A stretch of 64,000 nucleotides of DNA from Eledone cirrhosa (taxonomy: Eukaryota): contig OZ024742.1 in the NCBI GenBank assembly GCA_964016885.1, forward strand, positions 368,094,001-368,158,000. Reading direction: 5' to 3'. Position 1 is the stretch's first letter; every line of letters starts with the position of its first letter. Both the position numbers and the translations under genes were made by a program. The notes under the pieces were generated by a model. That model was given only the letters and a program-made list of their open reading frames with translations, did not search any database and was not told the DNA's origin. Below, in pieces: positions 61,001 to 64,000 of the stretch.

Positions 61001-64000
61001 GTCAGTGAGAGGGTGGTTTACTATGTTGTGTCAGTGAGAGAGTGGTTTACTATGTTGTGTCAGTGAGAGAGTGGTTTACTATGTTGTGTCTGTGAGTGGT
61101 ATACTATGTTGTGTCAGTGAGTGGTTTACTATGTTGAGTCAGTGAGTCGTTTACTATGTTGTGTCAGTGAGAGAGTGGTTTACTATGTTGTGTCTGTGAG
61201 AGAGTGGTTTACTATGTTGTGTCAGTGAGTGGTTTACTATGTTGTGTCAGTGAGAGAGTGGTTTACTATGTTGTGTCAGTGAGTGGTTTACTATGTTGTG
61301 TCAGTGAGAGAGTGGTTTACTATGTTGTGTCAGTGAGTGGTTTACTATGTTGTGTCAGTGAGTGGTTTACTATGTTGTGTCAGTGAGAGAGTGGTTTACT
61401 ATGTTGTGTCAGTGAGAGAGTGGTTTACTATGTTGTGTCAGTGAGTGGTTTACTATGTTGTGTCAGTGAGTGGTTTACTATGTTGTGTCAGTGAGTGGTT
61501 TACTATGTTGTGTCAGTGAGTGGTTTACTATGTTGTGTCAGTGAGAGAGTGGTTTACTATGTTGTGTCAGTGAGACAGTGGTTTACTATGTTGTGTCAGT
61601 GAGAGAGTGGTTTACTATGTTGTGTCAGTGAGTGGTTTACTATGTTGTGTCAGTGAGTGGTTTACTATGTTGTGTCAGTGAGTGGTTTACTATGTTGTGT
61701 CAGTGAGAGAGTGGTTTACTATGTTGTGTCAGTGAGAGAGTGGTTTACTATGTTTTGTCAGTGAGAGAGTGGTTTACTATGTTGTCAGTGAGTGGTTTAC
61801 TATGTCGTGTCAGTGAGAGAGTGGTTTACTATGTTGTGTCAGTGAGAGAGTGGTTTACTATGTTGTCAGTGAGTGGTTTACTATGTTGTGTCAGTGAGTG
61901 GTTTACTATGTTGTGTCAGTGAGAGAGTGGTTTACTATGTTGTGTCAGTGAGAGAGTGGTTTACTATGTTTTGTCAGTGAGAGAGTGGTTTACTATGTTG
62001 TGTCAGTGAGAGAGTGGTTTACTATGTTGTGTCAGTGAGAGAGTGGTTTACTATGTTGTGTCTGTGAGAGAGTGGTTTACTATGTTGTGTCAGTGAGAGA
62101 GTGGTTTACTATGTTGTGTCAGTGAGAGAGTGGTTTACTATGTTGTGTCAGTGAGAGAGTGGTTTCCTATGTTGTGTCAGTGAGAGGGTGGTTTACTATG
62201 TTGTGTCTGTGAGAGAGTGGTTTACTATGTTGTGTCAGTGAGAGAGTGGTTTACTATGTTGTGTCAGTGAGAGAGTGGTTTACTATGTTGTGTCAGTGAG
62301 AGAGTGGTTTACTATGTTGTGTCTGTGAGAGAGTGGTTTACTATGTTGTGTCAGTGAGAGAGTGGTTTACTATGTTGTGTCAGTGAGAGAGTGGTTTACT
62401 ACGTTGTGTCAGTGAGTGGTTTACTATGTTGTGTCAGTGAGAGAGTGGTTTACTATGTTGTATCAGTGAGTGGTTTACTATGCTGTGTCAGTGAGAGGAT
62501 GGTTTACTATGTTGTGTCAGTGAGAGAGTGGTTTACTATGTTGTGTCAGTGAGTGGTTTACTATGTTGTGTCAGTGAGAGAGTGGTTTACTATGTTGTGT
62601 CAGTGAGAGAGTGGTTTACTATGTTGTGTCAGTGAGTGGTTTACTATGCTGTGTCAGTGAGAGAGTGGTTTACTATGTTGTGTCAGTGAGAGAGTGGTTT
62701 ACTATGTTGCGTCAGTGAGAGAGTGGTTTACTATGTTGTGTCAGTGAGTGGTTTACTATGCTGTGTCAGTGAGAGAGTGGTTTACTATGTTGTGTCAGTG
62801 AGAGAGTGGTTTACTATGTTGTGTCAGTGAGAGAGTGGTTTACTATGTTGTGTCAGTGAGAGAGTGGTTTACTATGTTGTGTCAGTGAGAGAGTGGTTTA
62901 CTATGTTTTTTCAGTGAGAGAGTGGTTTTCTATGTTGTGTCAGTGAGAGAGTGGTTTACTATGTTGTGTCAGTGAGAGAGTGGTTTACTATGTTGTGTCT
63001 CTGAGAGAGTGGTTTACTATGTTGTGTCAGTGAGAGAGTGGTTTACTATGTTGTGTCAGTGAGAGAGTGGTTTACTATGTTGTGTCAGTGAGAGAGTGGT
63101 TTACTATGTTGTGTCAGTGAGAGGGTGGTTTACTATGTTGTGTCTGTGAGAGAGTGGTTTACTATGTTGTGTCAGTGAGAGAGTGGTTTACTATGTTGTG
63201 TCAGTGAGAGAGTGGTTTACTATGTTGTGTCAGTGAGAGAGTGGTTTACTATGTTGTGTCTGTGAGAGAGTGGTTTACTATGTTGTGTCAGTGAGAGAGT
63301 GGTTTACTATGTTGTGTCAGTGAGAGAGTGGTTTACTATGTTGTGTCAGTAAGTGGTTTACTATGTTGTGTCAGTGAGAGAGTGGTTTACTATGTTGTGT
63401 CAGTGAGAGAGTGGTTTACTATGTTGTGTCAGTGAGAGAGTGGTTCACTATGTTGTGTCAGTGAGTGGTTTACTATGTTGTGTCAGTGAGTGGTTTACTA
63501 TGTTGTGTCAGTGAGAGAGTGGTTTACTATGTTGTGTCAGTGAGTGGTTTACTATGTTGTGTCAGTGAGAGAGTGGTTTACTATGTTGTGTCAGTGAGTG
63601 GTTTACTATGTTGTGTCAGTGAGTGAGTGGTTTACTATGTTGTGTCAGTGAGAGAGTGGTTTACTATGTTGTGTCAGTGAGTGGTTTACTATGTTGTGTC
63701 AGTGAGTGGTTTACTATGTTGTGTCAGTGAGTGGTTTACTATGTTGTGTCAGTGAGAGAGTGGTTTACTATGTTGTATCAGTGAGTGGTTTACTATGTTG
63801 TGTCAGTGAGTGGTTTACTATGTTGTGTCAGTGAGTGGTTTACTATGTTGTGTCAGTGAGTGGTTTACTATGTTGTGTCAGTGAGAGAGTGGTTTACTAT
63901 GTTGTGTCAGTGAGTGGTTTACTATGTTGTGTCAGTGAGTGGTTTACTATGTTGTGTCAGTGAGTGGTTTACTATGTTGTGTCAGTGAGTGGTTTACTAT
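57760..64000 (+). repeat. Duplication with period about 3.9-4.2 kb (about 57760-59820 vs 61680-64000, truncated by the window end)
   Basis: ORF 57820/61740 (3920), GAGGATGG 58351/62499 (4148), AGTAAGTGG 59174/63351 (4177). TTGCGTC, GTTTTTTCAG, CTCTGAG and GTGAGTGAGTGG also appear in the same order. The offsets differ by 228 (7x29+25) and 29. Confidence 0.9.

Larger units (their letters stand above)
1..64000 (+). repeat. Tandem satellite/minisatellite array of interspersed 25-bp (GTGGTTTACTATGTTGTGTCAGTGA) and 29-bp (+GAGA) monomers, single orientation, extending beyond both window ends
   Basis: The core GTGGTTTACTATGTTGTGTC recurs every 25 or 29 bp from the first to the last line, with no unique insert or inversion seen. 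The 25-mer is G8 T11 A4 C2 (40% GC, 76% G+T) and has no CpG. Confidence 0.99.

Noticed and set aside
825-61922. All + strand ORFs (VVYYVVSVSGLLCCVSER repeats, 60-197 aa)
   Set aside because: They arise wherever S and L alternate (54 bp = 18 codons) and generally end at the monomer's TGA when alternation breaks. Most start at GTG/TTG inside the monomer, there is no unique flanking coding sequence, and frame is not preserved along the array.
3064-62710. Sparse CpG-creating variants (TACG, GTCGT, GTCGG, GCGA, TGCG) as regulatory methylation sites
   Set aside because: They are rare, and their recurrence follows the block duplications. They are useful as markers only.
1-64000. CRISPR array (repeat length 25-29 bp is in range)
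   Set aside because: There are no unique spacers, no leader and no cas genes. Repeats abut directly.
1-64000. Telomerase-made telomere like the 25-bp Kluyveromyces lactis repeat (TATGTTGTGT resembles TATGTGGTGT; G+T-rich strand)
   Set aside because: The similarity is short. Multi-kb duplications carrying inherited point variants indicate recombinational amplification rather than templated addition, and 64 kb far exceeds normal yeast telomeres. A recombination-maintained terminal array cannot be excluded without the contig position.
1-64000. G-quadruplex-forming array
   Set aside because: The consensus has only one GG per monomer. GGG and GGGG occur only in sparse variants.
1-64000. Fixed 54-bp dimer or nucleosome-length higher-order period
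   Set aside because: S/L alternation persists only for short stretches (up to about 0.6 kb). Runs of S or L are common, and the larger periods are all different.
1-64000. S/L order as a functional information store or a synthetic encoded message
   Set aside because: Nested duplications with inherited substitutions explain the pattern, and nothing in the sequence indicates a reading mechanism.
1-64000. Minus-strand genes, tRNA/rRNA, transposon ends, promoters or terminators
   Set aside because: The minus-strand monomer contains TGA, TAG and TAA and the ORF track lists nothing there. No non-repeat sequence or sizeable inverted repeat exists to support such features.

Overview
The whole 64 kb window is one uninterrupted head-to-tail tandem-repeat array (satellite or very long minisatellite, roughly 2,400 monomers estimated from a mean length of about 27 bp) that runs off both ends. 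It is built almost entirely from two monomers: S = GTGGTTTACTATGTTGTGTCAGTGA (25 bp) and L = S + GAGA (29 bp), with a common A>T variant at position 21 (TCAG/TCTG) and scattered rarer variants. I find no gene, RNA gene, transposon, CRISPR spacer or unique sequence. All listed ORFs are by-products of S+L = 54 bp = 18 codons. The informative structure is the order of S/L units and diagnostic variants. It reveals nested duplications (158, 436, 2014, 2378, about 3.3k, 4064, about 4.1k, about 6.2-6.5k and about 8.3k bp), at least three sub-domains, a stepwise variant phylogeny, and one 2.2 kb patch whose odd indels look like consensus error. I cannot identify the organism or repeat family, and the sequence does not support a new protein-based biological system. 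All offsets were read by eye from marker positions and the ORF track, so block boundaries are approximate.
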